The notes beneath the pieces are model-generated. The model worked only from the letters and a program-made list of their open reading frames with translations, searched no databases and was not told the origin of the DNA. This document shows, one piece after another, positions 49,660-59,036 of a stretch of 64,000 nucleotides of DNA. Location of the stretch: assembly GCA_902555665.1 (NCBI GenBank), contig CACDTF010000004.1, positions 3,834 through 67,833 of the forward strand, given 5' to 3'. Origin of the DNA: an uncultured Pelagibacteraceae bacterium. GTDB lineage: Bacteria > Pseudomonadota > Alphaproteobacteria > Pelagibacterales > Pelagibacteraceae. Positions within the stretch are counted from its first letter, which is position 1. Every line of letters starts with the position of its first letter. The translations under genes and the position numbers were made by a program.

Positions 49660-49682
49660 ATATGTATATTTTCTATACATAT
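49660..49682. promoter_or_regulatory. Candidate operator, copy 3 (perfect palindrome upstream of the inositol ABC operon)
   Basis: ATATGTATA-ttttc-TATACATAT. Confidence 0.72.
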
Positions 49683-49770
49683 TTTGCGCTGACACCTTTA
49701 CAACCTGCTTTTTTTTATGTTAACGTTCGCACTTAAAAAGTTAACTTTTATTTAAACGAGAGGGAAATAA

Positions 49771-50694
49771 ATGAAAACATTATACAAATCATTATTAGCT
49801 TTTGTTGCTTGGGTTATGCTTTCAGTTTCTGCTTTAGCAGTAGACGTGATCGTTGTATCTCACGGACAAGCTAACGACCCGTTTTGGTCTGTTGCTAAGA
49901 ATGGTGTAGATAAAGGATGTGCGGATATGGGAATATCTTGCAAGTACACTGCACCTGCTACCTTCGACATGGTTGAAATGGCTAAATTAATTGACAACGC
50001 AGTTTCACAAAAACCAAAAGGTATTGTGATTACTCTTCCGGATGCTGCTGCTTTAGGAAAATCTGTTAAAGCTGCTATCGCTGCTGGTATCCCAGTAATT
50101 TCAATGAACTCAGGTTCAGATGACTTTGCATCACTAGGTATCAGTGCTCACGTTGGACAAACTGAGTTTGAAGCTGGTGTGGGTGGCGGACAAAAAATGA
50201 AAGCTGCTGGTGGTAAAAAAGCACTATGTGTTAACCATGAAGTTGGAAACGTTGCGCTAGACAGAAGATGTGCTGGGTTCAAAAAAGGTTTTGGTGGATC
50301 TGTTGACATCTTAGGAACTTCTAATGACCCAACAGAAATTCAAAAAGCTGTTGCTGCTAAATTAGGTGGTGGATATGACACTATCCTAACTTTAGGTGCT
50401 GGTCTTGCAGGTGAAGCTGCTCTTAAAGCATTAGAAGCTGCAGGAAAAGTTGGTTCTGTTAAACTTGGTACATTTGATATGTCACCAGGAATGTTAAAAG
50501 CTGCTGCTGCAGGTAAAGTAGAGTTTTTAATTGACCAACAACAGTACCTACAAGGTTACTTACCAATAGCAATTTTTGGTCAGTACATGAGATATGGAAC
50601 TATGCCAGCTGGAGTAGTTATGACTGGTCCAGGTTTCGTAACTCCTGATAATGCTGCTAAAGTAATTAAGTGGGCAGCTCAAGGTTACAGATAA
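49771..50694 (+). CDS. Inositol/sugar ABC substrate-binding protein
   Basis: VSHGQANDPFWSV.KNG, HVGQTE, IDQQQYLQGYLP, TGPGFVT; adjacent to iol genes. Confidence 0.88.
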   Translation: MKTLYKSLLAFVAWVMLSVSALAVDVIVVSHGQANDPFWSVAKNGVDKGCADMGISCKYTAPATFDMVEMAKLIDNAVSQKPKGIVITLPDAAALGKSVKAAIAAGIPVISMNSGSDDFASLGISAHVGQTEFEAGVGGGQKMKAAGGKKALCVNHEVGNVALDRRCAGFKKGFGGSVDILGTSNDPTEIQKAVAAKLGGGYDTILTLGAGLAGEAALKALEAAGKVGSVKLGTFDMSPGMLKAAAAGKVEFLIDQQQYLQGYLPIAIFGQYMRYGTMPAGVVMTGPGFVTPDNAAKVIKWAAQGYR

Positions 50695-50704
50695 AAAATA
50701 CTTT

Positions 50705-50739
50705 AAAAGGCCTAGCTAACTTTTAGTTAGGCCTTTTTT
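50705..50739 (+). terminator. Hairpin with U-tract between the binding-protein and permease genes
   Basis: AAAAGGCCTAGCTAA / TTAGTTAGGCCTTTTTT arms. Confidence 0.85.
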
Positions 50740-50758
50740 CATAACAAAATTCAAATTA

Positions 50759-51886
50759 ATGTCAGATAAATCGAAAAGTATCGCATCTAAAAAAACTTCA
50801 GGTCAAGACGAAAGACTTAAAGAAGTATCCAAACTAAGATTGCTTTTAAATAGACCTGAATTAGGTGCTGTTGGTGGTGCAATTTTAGTATTTATATTTT
50901 TTGGAATAGTTGCAGGTGACACTGGAATGTTCAGTGCATATGGAACTCTAAATTTTTTAGATGTCTCAGCAAATTTAGGAATAATTGCAATTGCTGCAGC
51001 AATGCTGATGATTGGTGGTGAGTTTGATTTATCAATTGGATCAATGATAGGTTTTGCAGGAATTTGTATAGCAATACCTGCAATTTACTGGGGTTGGCCT
51101 TTATGGGTAAGTATTATTTTTGCTTTTGCGATGGCGGTACTAGTTGGATACTTCAATGGTATCCTTGTTGTTAGAACTGGACTTCCATCTTTTATCGTAA
51201 CTCTAGCAATGTTGTTTATTTTAAGAGGTGCTACATTAGCAATCACAAGATTAATTACAGGAAGAACTCAAGTTCCTGGTTTAAGAGTTTTAATAGAGAA
51301 TGATCCAATCGCGTGGATGTTTGCAACTGATACATTTAAATGGTTATTCACTTGGTTAGGTTCAATGAATTTAATTGCTTTAAGAACTGATGGGACTCCA
51401 TTAGCTACTGGTATTCCACCTTCAGTAATATGGTTTATTGCAGCTACTCTTTTTGCAACATGGATATTAATGAAGACTAGATATGGAAACTGGATTTTTG
51501 CATCAGGAGGAGACAAAAACGGTGCTACTAATGTTGGTGTGCCTGTTGGAAGAGTGAAAATAAGTTTATTCATTGGAACAGCAGTTGCAGCAACAATTTT
51601 TGCAACAATTCAAGTTTTAGATGCTGGTTCTGCAGATACTATGAGAGGAAATTTAAAAGAATTAGAGGCAATTGCAGCAGCAGTTGTTGGCGGTTGTTTA
51701 TTAACTGGAGGATATGGTTCTGCAATTGGTGCAGCTTTTGGTGCATTAATATTTGGAACTGTATCTATGGGAATATTTTACACAGATGTTGATACTGATT
51801 GGTTTAAAGTTTTTTTGGGAGCAATGATGTTGATTGCTGTAGTGTTTAATAATTACATAAGAAAAAGAGTAACAGAGAGTAAATAA
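50759..51886 (+). CDS. Inositol/sugar ABC permease
   Basis: [35 protein letters not shown]. Confidence 0.92.
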   Translation: MSDKSKSIASKKTSGQDERLKEVSKLRLLLNRPELGAVGGAILVFIFFGIVAGDTGMFSAYGTLNFLDVSANLGIIAIAAAMLMIGGEFDLSIGSMIGFAGICIAIPAIYWGWPLWVSIIFAFAMAVLVGYFNGILVVRTGLPSFIVTLAMLFILRGATLAITRLITGRTQVPGLRVLIENDPIAWMFATDTFKWLFTWLGSMNLIALRTDGTPLATGIPPSVIWFIAATLFATWILMKTRYGNWIFASGGDKNGATNVGVPVGRVKISLFIGTAVAATIFATIQVLDAGSADTMRGNLKELEAIAAAVVGGCLLTGGYGSAIGAAFGALIFGTVSMGIFYTDVDTDWFKVFLGAMMLIAVVFNNYIRKRVTESK

Positions 51887-52677
51887 TGTTAGAGAATTTA
51901 ATTGAGTTTAATAACATTAGTAAGTTTTTTGGGAAAGTAATTGCTCTTAAAGATGTCACAATGAAATTAAAAAAAGGTGAAATCATGTGTTTACTTGGAG
52001 ACAATGGTGCTGGAAAATCTACCTTAATTAAAACTTTAGCTGGTGTTCATAAACCTGATGAAGGTGAAATAGTAATCGAAGGTAAAAAAACTGTTTTTGA
52101 CTCACCAAAAGATGCTTTGGATATGGGAATTGGAACCGTTTACCAAGACTTAGCTTTAGTTCCATTGATGAGTGTTACAAGAAACTTTTTTATGGGAAGA
52201 GAACCTTTAAAAGGACTGCCATTTTTTAAAACTTTTGATATTGAAAAAGCAAATCAAATTGCTGCAGAGAAAATGGGTCAAATTGGAATTGACGTAAGAG
52301 ATCCGTCACAGGCTGTAGGAACAATGTCTGGAGGTGAAAGACAATGTTTAGCTATATCAAGAGCTATATATTTTGGAGCAAAAGTTTTGGTTTTAGATGA
52401 ACCAACTTCTGCATTAGGTGTTCATCAAGCCTCAATGGTTTTAAAATATGTTGTAAAAGCAGCTTCGCAAGGATTAGCTGTAATTTTAATTACACATAAC
52501 GTTCATCATGCATATCCAGTTGGTAACAGCTTTACTGTTTTAAACAGAGGTAAAAGTTTAGGAACTTTTAATAAAAAAGATATTAGTCGTGAGGAGCTTT
52601 TAGGGATGATGGCTGGTGGTGAAGAGCTTGATAAGCTTGAAGTTGAACTTGAAGAAATGAATAGGATTAACAACTAA
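51886..52677 (+). CDS. Inositol/sugar ABC ATP-binding protein (single domain)
   Basis: [25 protein letters not shown]. Confidence 0.92.
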   Translation: MLENLIEFNNISKFFGKVIALKDVTMKLKKGEIMCLLGDNGAGKSTLIKTLAGVHKPDEGEIVIEGKKTVFDSPKDALDMGIGTVYQDLALVPLMSVTRNFFMGREPLKGLPFFKTFDIEKANQIAAEKMGQIGIDVRDPSQAVGTMSGGERQCLAISRAIYFGAKVLVLDEPTSALGVHQASMVLKYVVKAASQGLAVILITHNVHHAYPVGNSFTVLNRGKSLGTFNKKDISREELLGMMAGGEELDKLEVELEEMNRINN

Positions 52678-53513
52678 TCTAGAGCTTCATATAGTGTAGG
52701 GAACATTTCTCCATCAACAGGATCTCCGTTTTTATAACCTGCTTCTTGCATTGCTTTCCTATAATTAAAACTTGTCCAATCTCCATCATAACTTATTTTT
52801 GCATCCTCTTTGGAAACTCTTAATGTATATCGGCTTAAAGTTTTATCAGGAATACTCTCATTCAAACTTCCATGTAACGTTCTCATATCAAAAACTACTG
52901 CATCCCCTAATTCGCAATCCCAATGTAAAAACTCATATTTATCTTTATTTCCTAAAATATCAGGAGGTAATTCATATTTTTTTCCATTGACTAAACATTC
53001 ATTACCTTCAATTTTATGTCCATCCTTAAACAAAACTCTCAAAAAAAATTTATTCCATAAATGTGAGCCCCTAACCCAAACAACTCCCTCATTTTTCTTT
53101 GTTGGTTGCAGTGGAAGCCACAAAACACACATTGTTCCATCCATATCAAAATAACTAATATCGTGATGAAAAGGTGTTGAAGATTTTGATCCTGCCTCTC
53201 TCAAAAACCAATTATCCATTACTAAATTAATTTTTTTTGCAGACATTAATTCTGCAGCTATCTGTGCATATGGTGATTTATAAACAAATTCTTTAAATTC
53301 GGGAATTAGATGCCAAGTCCAGTAATCCTCTAAGTAAGCTGGAACATTTTTTTTAGTTGTGTGAGATTTAAATCTAGGACTAGGATTGGAAATATCTTTT
53401 TCTATACCTGTCTTAAGTTTATTAATCCAATTAATATTGAATTTATTTTTTAGAAATATTGCGCCATCTTCTTTAAATTTTTTTATTTCATTTTCGGTTA
53501 AAATTTTGTTCAT
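52674..53513 (-). CDS. Phytanoyl-CoA dioxygenase (PhyH) family protein
   Basis: TPFHHD..YF, LWLPL, RGSHLW, GDAVVF...TLHG. Confidence 0.87.
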   Translation of the reverse strand: MNKILTENEIKKFKEDGAIFLKNKFNINWINKLKTGIEKDISNPSPRFKSHTTKKNVPAYLEDYWTWHLIPEFKEFVYKSPYAQIAAELMSAKKINLVMDNWFLREAGSKSSTPFHHDISYFDMDGTMCVLWLPLQPTKKNEGVVWVRGSHLWNKFFLRVLFKDGHKIEGNECLVNGKKYELPPDILGNKDKYEFLHWDCELGDAVVFDMRTLHGSLNESIPDKTLSRYTLRVSKEDAKISYDGDWTSFNYRKAMQEAGYKNGDPVDGEMFPTLYEALD

Positions 53514-53664
53514 AATAATAAAATTTAAGTTTTAAAGTATTTTAATGCATTAAATTGTCTAGTAATAGTTGAAATTATTATATTTAAAATACACATAACT
53601 AATATTTGATTTTTTCATTAATTATTTTTCTTCTATAATGTTATTTTATAAGAAGGAGGTAACT

Positions 53665-53991
53665 ATGGCTAAATTTATAGTAATGGGTAATTATACAGCT
53701 CAAGCTTTTAAAGGATTTATAGGTAATCCTGACCAAGATAGAGCTGCAGCAGCAACTGCTTTATCAGAGGCAGTAGGAGGAAAAATGGAATCTTTTATGA
53801 TCACAAGAGGAGCTTATGATTTTGTAGGAGTTGTGAGTGGTAGTATTGGATTTGAAGGTGCAGCAGCAGTTAAGCTAGCAGTCGAAGCTTCTGGAGCTAT
53901 AACAAATTTTACCATATTAGAGGAAATGGATATGGGTAAAGCTGCCGGCATGGCATCAAAAGCTATGGCTAATTATAAACCAGCAGGTTAA
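53665..53991 (+). CDS. GYD domain protein
   Basis: GAYDFV motif; strong AAGGAGGT RBS supports start 53665. Confidence 0.85.
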   Translation: MAKFIVMGNYTAQAFKGFIGNPDQDRAAAATALSEAVGGKMESFMITRGAYDFVGVVSGSIGFEGAAAVKLAVEASGAITNFTILEEMDMGKAAGMASKAMANYKPAG

Positions 53992-53999
53992 AGCTAGAT

Positions 54000-54054
54000 T
54001 TTAAGTTAATTCTATCATGATTAATTTTATTAATTATGATAGCTTTAACTTAAA
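54000..54054. other. Long imperfect inverted repeat filling the GYD-moaA spacer
   Basis: TTTAAGTTAA-tt-CTATCAT-GATTAAT-ttt-ATTAATT-ATGATAG-ct-TTAACTTAAA; the right arm ends on the A of the moaA ATG. Confidence 0.7.
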
Positions 54055-55046
54055 TGAAAATGCTAACAGATAGTTTTGGTAGGTCTTTTCCATATATAAG
54101 ACTTTCGATTACCGATGTATGTAATTTTAAGTGTGGGTATTGTCTACCTAATGGTTATCAAGTTGATAAGAGCGATAATAGAAAATTTCTTCACTTAGAG
54201 GAAATTAGACGTCTAGCAAAAGTTTTTTCAAAATTGGGTGTATGCAAAATTAGACTTACTGGAGGTGAACCAACGGTAAGAAAAGATTTTTTTGATATAA
54301 TCAAGATCTTAAAAAATGAAGCTGGAATAAAAAAAGTTGTAATTACCACAAACGGTTATCATTTAGATGAAAAAGCAAAGATGTTAGTAGATAGCGGCTT
54401 AAACGGAATTAATATTAGCATTGATAGTCTAGATAGAAATGCATTCAAAAATGTTACAGGTCATGATCGATTACCAGAGATTTTAAAAGGAATAAACATC
54501 CTACAAAATTTAAATTTTGAAAATATTAAGATTAATGCAGTTCTTTTAAATGGAATAAATACATCAGAAAAAGATTTTGAGTCTTGGGGAGCATTTATAA
54601 AAAAGAATAAAGTGGATTTTCGATATATAGAACTAATGCAAACAGGTGATAACTTAGATTATTTTAAAAAATATCATGTATCTTCAAAAATTTTCAAAAA
54701 ATACTTAAATAAAAATAATTGGATTTATCAAACCTTAGGTAAAGATGCTGGGCCGTCACTAAATTATATCAATCCTGAATATAAAGGGAAATTTGGAATT
54801 ATAGCACCCTACTCTAAAGATTTTTGTAAAAGCTGTAATAGATTAAGAATTACATCAAGAGGGGATCTTAGATTATGCCTATTTGGAAATACTGGAATAA
54901 GTATAAGACATTTATTACAAAAAGATGATCAAATTGAAGAATTACAAGATCTTATAATGGGTCAAATGAAATTCAAAAAAGAATCTCACCATTTGGAACT
55001 TGGCGAAACTGGTTTAACTAAAAATTTATCTACCACGGGTGGCTAA
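54054..55046 (+). CDS. moaA: GTP 3',8-cyclase
   Basis: CNFKCGYC radical SAM motif, LTGGEP, FC.SCNRLR...LCLF, C-terminal GG. Confidence 0.97.
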   Translation: MKMLTDSFGRSFPYIRLSITDVCNFKCGYCLPNGYQVDKSDNRKFLHLEEIRRLAKVFSKLGVCKIRLTGGEPTVRKDFFDIIKILKNEAGIKKVVITTNGYHLDEKAKMLVDSGLNGINISIDSLDRNAFKNVTGHDRLPEILKGINILQNLNFENIKINAVLLNGINTSEKDFESWGAFIKKNKVDFRYIELMQTGDNLDYFKKYHVSSKIFKKYLNKNNWIYQTLGKDAGPSLNYINPEYKGKFGIIAPYSKDFCKSCNRLRITSRGDLRLCLFGNTGISIRHLLQKDDQIEELQDLIMGQMKFKKESHHLELGETGLTKNLSTTGG

Positions 55047-55591
55047 TGTCAAAATTAAAAATTATAAATCAAGAAGAACTTAAAGATTGGGCGAAAGAAA
55101 TATTTCAAAAAAACTCTTTCAATATGGTTGATGTTTCCTCAAAAAAAGAAACTTTTAGAAGAGCGCTTGCTTCAGGTAAAATTTATGTTGGAAAAGAGGT
55201 TTTCGATCTAATTAAAAATAAGAAGATGCCTAAAGGAGATCCTATTACTTTAGCTGAGGTATCAGCTGTGTTGGGTGTAAAAAAAACAAGTGAACTTATT
55301 CCTCTTTGTCACCCACTTCCAATTGACCATACGGCTACTAAAATAATTATGAATGAATTAGACAGTTCATTAGAAGTATTTTGCGTAGTTTCTGCAGTAG
55401 CAAAAACAGGTGTTGAAATGGAAGCTATAATGGGTGTTAACTCTGCCTTAATCACAATTTATGATTTAAGCAAAATAGTAAATCCACATCTTAAAATTGA
55501 TAACGTAAAATTATTAATTAAAGAAGGTGGAAAAAGTGGATTATGGAAAAACCCTGATGGTCTCCCAGATTTTTTAAAAAATATTTTTTAA
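55046..55591 (+). CDS. moaC: Cyclic pyranopterin monophosphate synthase
   Basis: MVDVS.K, LIPLCHPL, TGVEMEA, K.GGKSG. Confidence 0.96.
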   Translation: MSKLKIINQEELKDWAKEIFQKNSFNMVDVSSKKETFRRALASGKIYVGKEVFDLIKNKKMPKGDPITLAEVSAVLGVKKTSELIPLCHPLPIDHTATKIIMNELDSSLEVFCVVSAVAKTGVEMEAIMGVNSALITIYDLSKIVNPHLKIDNVKLLIKEGGKSGLWKNPDGLPDFLKNIF

Positions 55592-55860
55592 TGAAAATAT
55601 CAGTTGAACTATTTGGCGCAGCTAGAGAATTTAGTACTAAATCCCATTTAGAATTTGAATTAATTGAAAATTCCTCAATAAAAGATCTTAGAAACCAAAT
55701 GATAGAGTTTATTGATATGAAATTTAAAGGAAATGAAACTTTTAAAAAAATTATTAAATCATCAGCTTTTTGTTCGTCTGATGATAAAATTGTCTCAGAC
55801 AATTATAAAATAGTTAAAAAACAAAACTTTAGCATTATACCTCCTATAGGAGGCGGTTAA
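55591..55860 (+). CDS. moaD: Molybdopterin synthase sulfur carrier
   Basis: V.LFGAARE start, C-terminal IPPIGGG. Confidence 0.92.
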   Translation: MKISVELFGAAREFSTKSHLEFELIENSSIKDLRNQMIEFIDMKFKGNETFKKIIKSSAFCSSDDKIVSDNYKIVKKQNFSIIPPIGGG

Positions 55861-56306
55861 TGCTACATACTAAAATTATTGATGCTTCAAAAAATGAGAA
55901 GATAGAAATTTCAAATGCAGAAAATTTTTTAAATCAAACGAAATTTGGTGCTGTAATATATTTTGTTGGGACTGTAAGAGATTTAAATGAAAATAAAAAA
56001 GTTACTGGTATTACCTATGATGCCAAAGAAAGTATGGTTATAAAAAGTTTTGAAGAAATTTATGAAGAAGCTGATAACAAGTTAAATATTAAAGAAAAAG
56101 CAGTATTTATTGAGCATGTTAAAGGATATGTGGGTTTAAAAGAAAAAAGCATCATTATTGGTGTAGCTTGTAAACATAGAGATCAAGCTTTTGTGTTATC
56201 TAGATATATAATTGAAGAAATTAAAAAAAGATCTCCTATTTGGAAAAAAGAACATTATGAAAATAAGGACAGTGAGTGGCTAAAAGGAATATCTCTAAAT
56301 AATTAA
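55860..56306 (+). CDS. moaE: Molybdopterin synthase catalytic subunit
   Basis: GA..YFVGTVRD, HR..AF, PIWKKEH. Confidence 0.95.
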   Translation: MLHTKIIDASKNEKIEISNAENFLNQTKFGAVIYFVGTVRDLNENKKVTGITYDAKESMVIKSFEEIYEEADNKLNIKEKAVFIEHVKGYVGLKEKSIIIGVACKHRDQAFVLSRYIIEEIKKRSPIWKKEHYENKDSEWLKGISLNN

Positions 56307-56307
56307 A

Positions 56308-57213
56308 ATGATAAAATTTAAAAATTCAGAAATTACACCGGAGAATATTTATAAAAAAAGAAGATCTTTCATTAAATCTATAGGTCTCGGTGCAAGTACA
56401 TTAGCAATGTCTACTATACCCTTTGTAAATAAATCTTTAGCAAGTGAGAGAGATAAATTAACAAGTTATAAAGACATAACGACTTATAATAATTATTATG
56501 AGTTTGGAACATCAAAGAGTGATCCTTATAGAAATTCTCAAATATTTAAAACAACTCCTTGGGATATAACTATTGAAGGTGAAGTTGAAAAACCAATAAA
56601 ATTATCTATGGAAGAAATCTCAGAAATGTTTATTTCTGAGGAAAGAATATATCGATTAAGATGTGTTGAGGGTTGGTCAATGGTTATTCCATGGATGGGT
56701 TTTTCTTTAAATAAATTACTATCAAAAGTAAATCCAACTAATAAAGCAAAATTTGTTGAATTTGAAAGTGTGTATGACCCTGCACAAATGAAAGGTCAAA
56801 GATACCCTGTTTTAAACTGGCCTTACAATGAAGGTTTAAGAATTGATGAAGCCATGCATCCTTTGACAACAGTAGTGACAGGTTTATATGACAAGAAACT
56901 ACCTAATCAAAACGGAGCACCACTAAGAATTTTTATTCCTTGGAAGTATGGTTTTAAAAGTGCAAAAGCTATTGTTAAAATTAAATTTGTCGAAAACATG
57001 CCTACCTCATCATGGATGTGGGCTTCGCCTAGAGAATATGGATTTTACTCAAATGTTAATCCCAATGTTGATCACCCAAGATGGTCTCAAGCAACTGAAA
57101 GAATAATAGGCGAAGGTGTTTGGGCACCTAGAGTAAAAACCTTAATGTTTAATGGTTATGGAGATGAAGTTGCAAGTCTCTATAGCGGTATGGATTTAAA
57201 AAAAAATTTCTAA
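56308..57213 (+). CDS. msrP: Periplasmic methionine sulfoxide reductase, catalytic subunit
   Basis: Tat signal RRSFIK, YNNYYEFG, RLRCVEGWSMV, QNGAPLR, PWKYGFKS. Confidence 0.96.
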   Translation: MIKFKNSEITPENIYKKRRSFIKSIGLGASTLAMSTIPFVNKSLASERDKLTSYKDITTYNNYYEFGTSKSDPYRNSQIFKTTPWDITIEGEVEKPIKLSMEEISEMFISEERIYRLRCVEGWSMVIPWMGFSLNKLLSKVNPTNKAKFVEFESVYDPAQMKGQRYPVLNWPYNEGLRIDEAMHPLTTVVTGLYDKKLPNQNGAPLRIFIPWKYGFKSAKAIVKIKFVENMPTSSWMWASPREYGFYSNVNPNVDHPRWSQATERIIGEGVWAPRVKTLMFNGYGDEVASLYSGMDLKKNF

Positions 57214-57219
57214 ATTAAA

Positions 57220-57801
57220 TTGAGTAGATATTCTAAAACTCTAGTTTTTTTTCTCTCTCTTTGGCCAATTTATGTAATTTCTTATCAAATAATTTTTAAT
57301 CAATTAGGTCCAGAGCCTGTTGATAGAATCATAAATCACTTTGGAGAATGGACTTTGATATTTATTCTTTTAACTCTTTCAATGACACCGCTTAAGAAAA
57401 TCACAAAATCAGCAGAGTGGATCAAGTTTAGAAGGATGCTTGGTTTGTTCACTTTTTTTTATGCATCTATTCATATGTTAAGTTATGTTGGTCTTGATTA
57501 CAGATTTGATTTTGAGCCACTGATAAACGATGTTTTAAAAAAGAAGTTTATCTTTATAGGATTTTCAGCTTGGCTGTTATTAATACCACTTGCTGTAACT
57601 TCATCTGAGAGAATGGTTAGACTGTTAAAACAAAATTGGAAAAAAATTCATAGATTAATTTATTTAATTGGGATTTTTGGCGTACTTCATTATATTTGGC
57701 TGTCAAAAACAATTTTTTTCAAACCACTTATATTTTTAATTATTTTAGTAATTCTTTTACTTTTTAGAATTAAAATTACTAGATCAGATTTTAAAATCTG
57801 A
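57220..57801 (+). CDS. msrQ: MsrQ heme-binding membrane subunit
   Basis: LGPEPV, RRMLGL..FFYA..H, W..IHRLIY. Confidence 0.95.
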   Translation: MSRYSKTLVFFLSLWPIYVISYQIIFNQLGPEPVDRIINHFGEWTLIFILLTLSMTPLKKITKSAEWIKFRRMLGLFTFFYASIHMLSYVGLDYRFDFEPLINDVLKKKFIFIGFSAWLLLIPLAVTSSERMVRLLKQNWKKIHRLIYLIGIFGVLHYIWLSKTIFFKPLIFLIILVILLLFRIKITRSDFKI

Positions 57802-58359
57802 GGCTTTATCAAAATCTTTAAAAGATTTAATACTCATAGTTTTAATAAAATTTGTTCTATTTTTGAGCCTTTTAACCATAAATTTTGCTCCAAACTGACC
57901 TTTAATATTTTTAAATTTTTTTATTAAAGAGCTGTCAAAACCAATAGGATTACCTACTCTATTTTTATATTTTAAAGCATGTATTAAAAATTTTTTAGAA
58001 TTTATAGATCTACAAATTTTATTTATATCTGATTGTTTAACAAATGGCATATCAGACTGAGCCACAATAAAGCCCTTATCGTTTTTAGATATTTTTTTTA
58101 ATCCTATTTTTATAGAAGAGGCCATCCCTTTTTTGTAATTTTTGTTGTAGGTAAAAATAATTTTTTTATTTTTTTTTATTATTTTTTTCAATTCTTTGTG
58201 TTGATGACCAAGAACTATAATAATTTTGTTTACTTTACTTTTTGTTAATACATTTATTGAATAATTTATTAACGGTTTATTTTTATATAACTTAATAAGT
58301 TTATTTTCTGATTTCAGTCTTTTTGATTGGCCAGCTGCAAGTAATATTGCTTTAATCAC
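57784..58359 (-). CDS. mocA: Molybdenum cofactor cytidylyltransferase-like nucleotidyltransferase
   Basis: ILLAAGQSKR, GMASSI, DMPFV, GNP; cox/xdhC context. Confidence 0.82.
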   Translation of the reverse strand: MIKAILLAAGQSKRLKSENKLIKLYKNKPLINYSINVLTKSKVNKIIIVLGHQHKELKKIIKKNKKIIFTYNKNYKKGMASSIKIGLKKISKNDKGFIVAQSDMPFVKQSDINKICRSINSKKFLIHALKYKNRVGNPIGFDSSLIKKFKNIKGQFGAKFMVKRLKNRTNFIKTMSIKSFKDFDKASDFKI

Positions 58360-59036
58360 TTTTTATAAGTTTCTGATACTAATTGAGCTATAATAGATAA
58401 AGCAATTTCTGAAGCAGATTTACCACCAAGCTTAATTCCAATTGGTCCGTGAATTGAATTAATTTCATCATTAGTAAATCCAGCTTCGGCTAATCTTTGA
58501 CATCTGTTTTCATGAGTTTTTTTACTACCAAGTGCTCCAATGTAATAAAATTTATTTTTTAATGCGTATTGCAAAGCAGGATCATCTATTTTTGGATCAT
58601 GTGTTAAAGCTATTAAGGCTGTACTTGAATTTGTATCAATTTCTTCAAAAGCTTCTTTTGGCCACTTGTTAATAACTTTAATATCAGGAAATCTTTGCTC
58701 AGATGCAAAATATCCTCTTGGATCTATAATACTAATCTCAAAATTTAAACTTTTTGCAAAATCAACTAAATATTGTGCAATATGTACAGCCCCAACAATA
58801 ATTACTTTTATTGGTTTTATATAAGTTTCAACAAATATCTCTGAATTTTCTATAACCCCGTTTTTTTTTGATTTAAAAAAATTTTCTATTTCAACAGCAT
58901 ATTTTGAAAATTCTCCTTTTGGAGAAGTGCCAGGTAAATAAATTTCACTATCACCATTTTCTAAATTTGTAAGTATTGCAAACTCAGTTTTTGATGATTT
59001 TTTTTTTAATATTTCTTCAAGTGTTTTAATTTTCAT
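58356..59036 (-). CDS. XdhC/CoxF family Moco maturation protein, C-terminal part
   Basis: GAVHIAQ, LTHDPKIDDPAL, YIGALGS, GPIGI.LG. Confidence 0.92.
   Translation of the reverse strand: MKIKTLEEILKKKSSKTEFAILTNLENGDSEIYLPGTSPKGEFSKYAVEIENFFKSKKNGVIENSEIFVETYIKPIKVIIVGAVHIAQYLVDFAKSLNFEISIIDPRGYFASEQRFPDIKVINKWPKEAFEEIDTNSSTALIALTHDPKIDDPALQYALKNKFYYIGALGSKKTHENRCQRLAEAGFTNDEINSIHGPIGIKLGGKSASEIALSIIAQLVSETYKK

Noticed and set aside
53992-54053. Moco riboswitch upstream of moaA
   Set aside because: The spacer is only about 60 nt and forms a single AU-rich stem without the multi-stem GNRA/receptor architecture.
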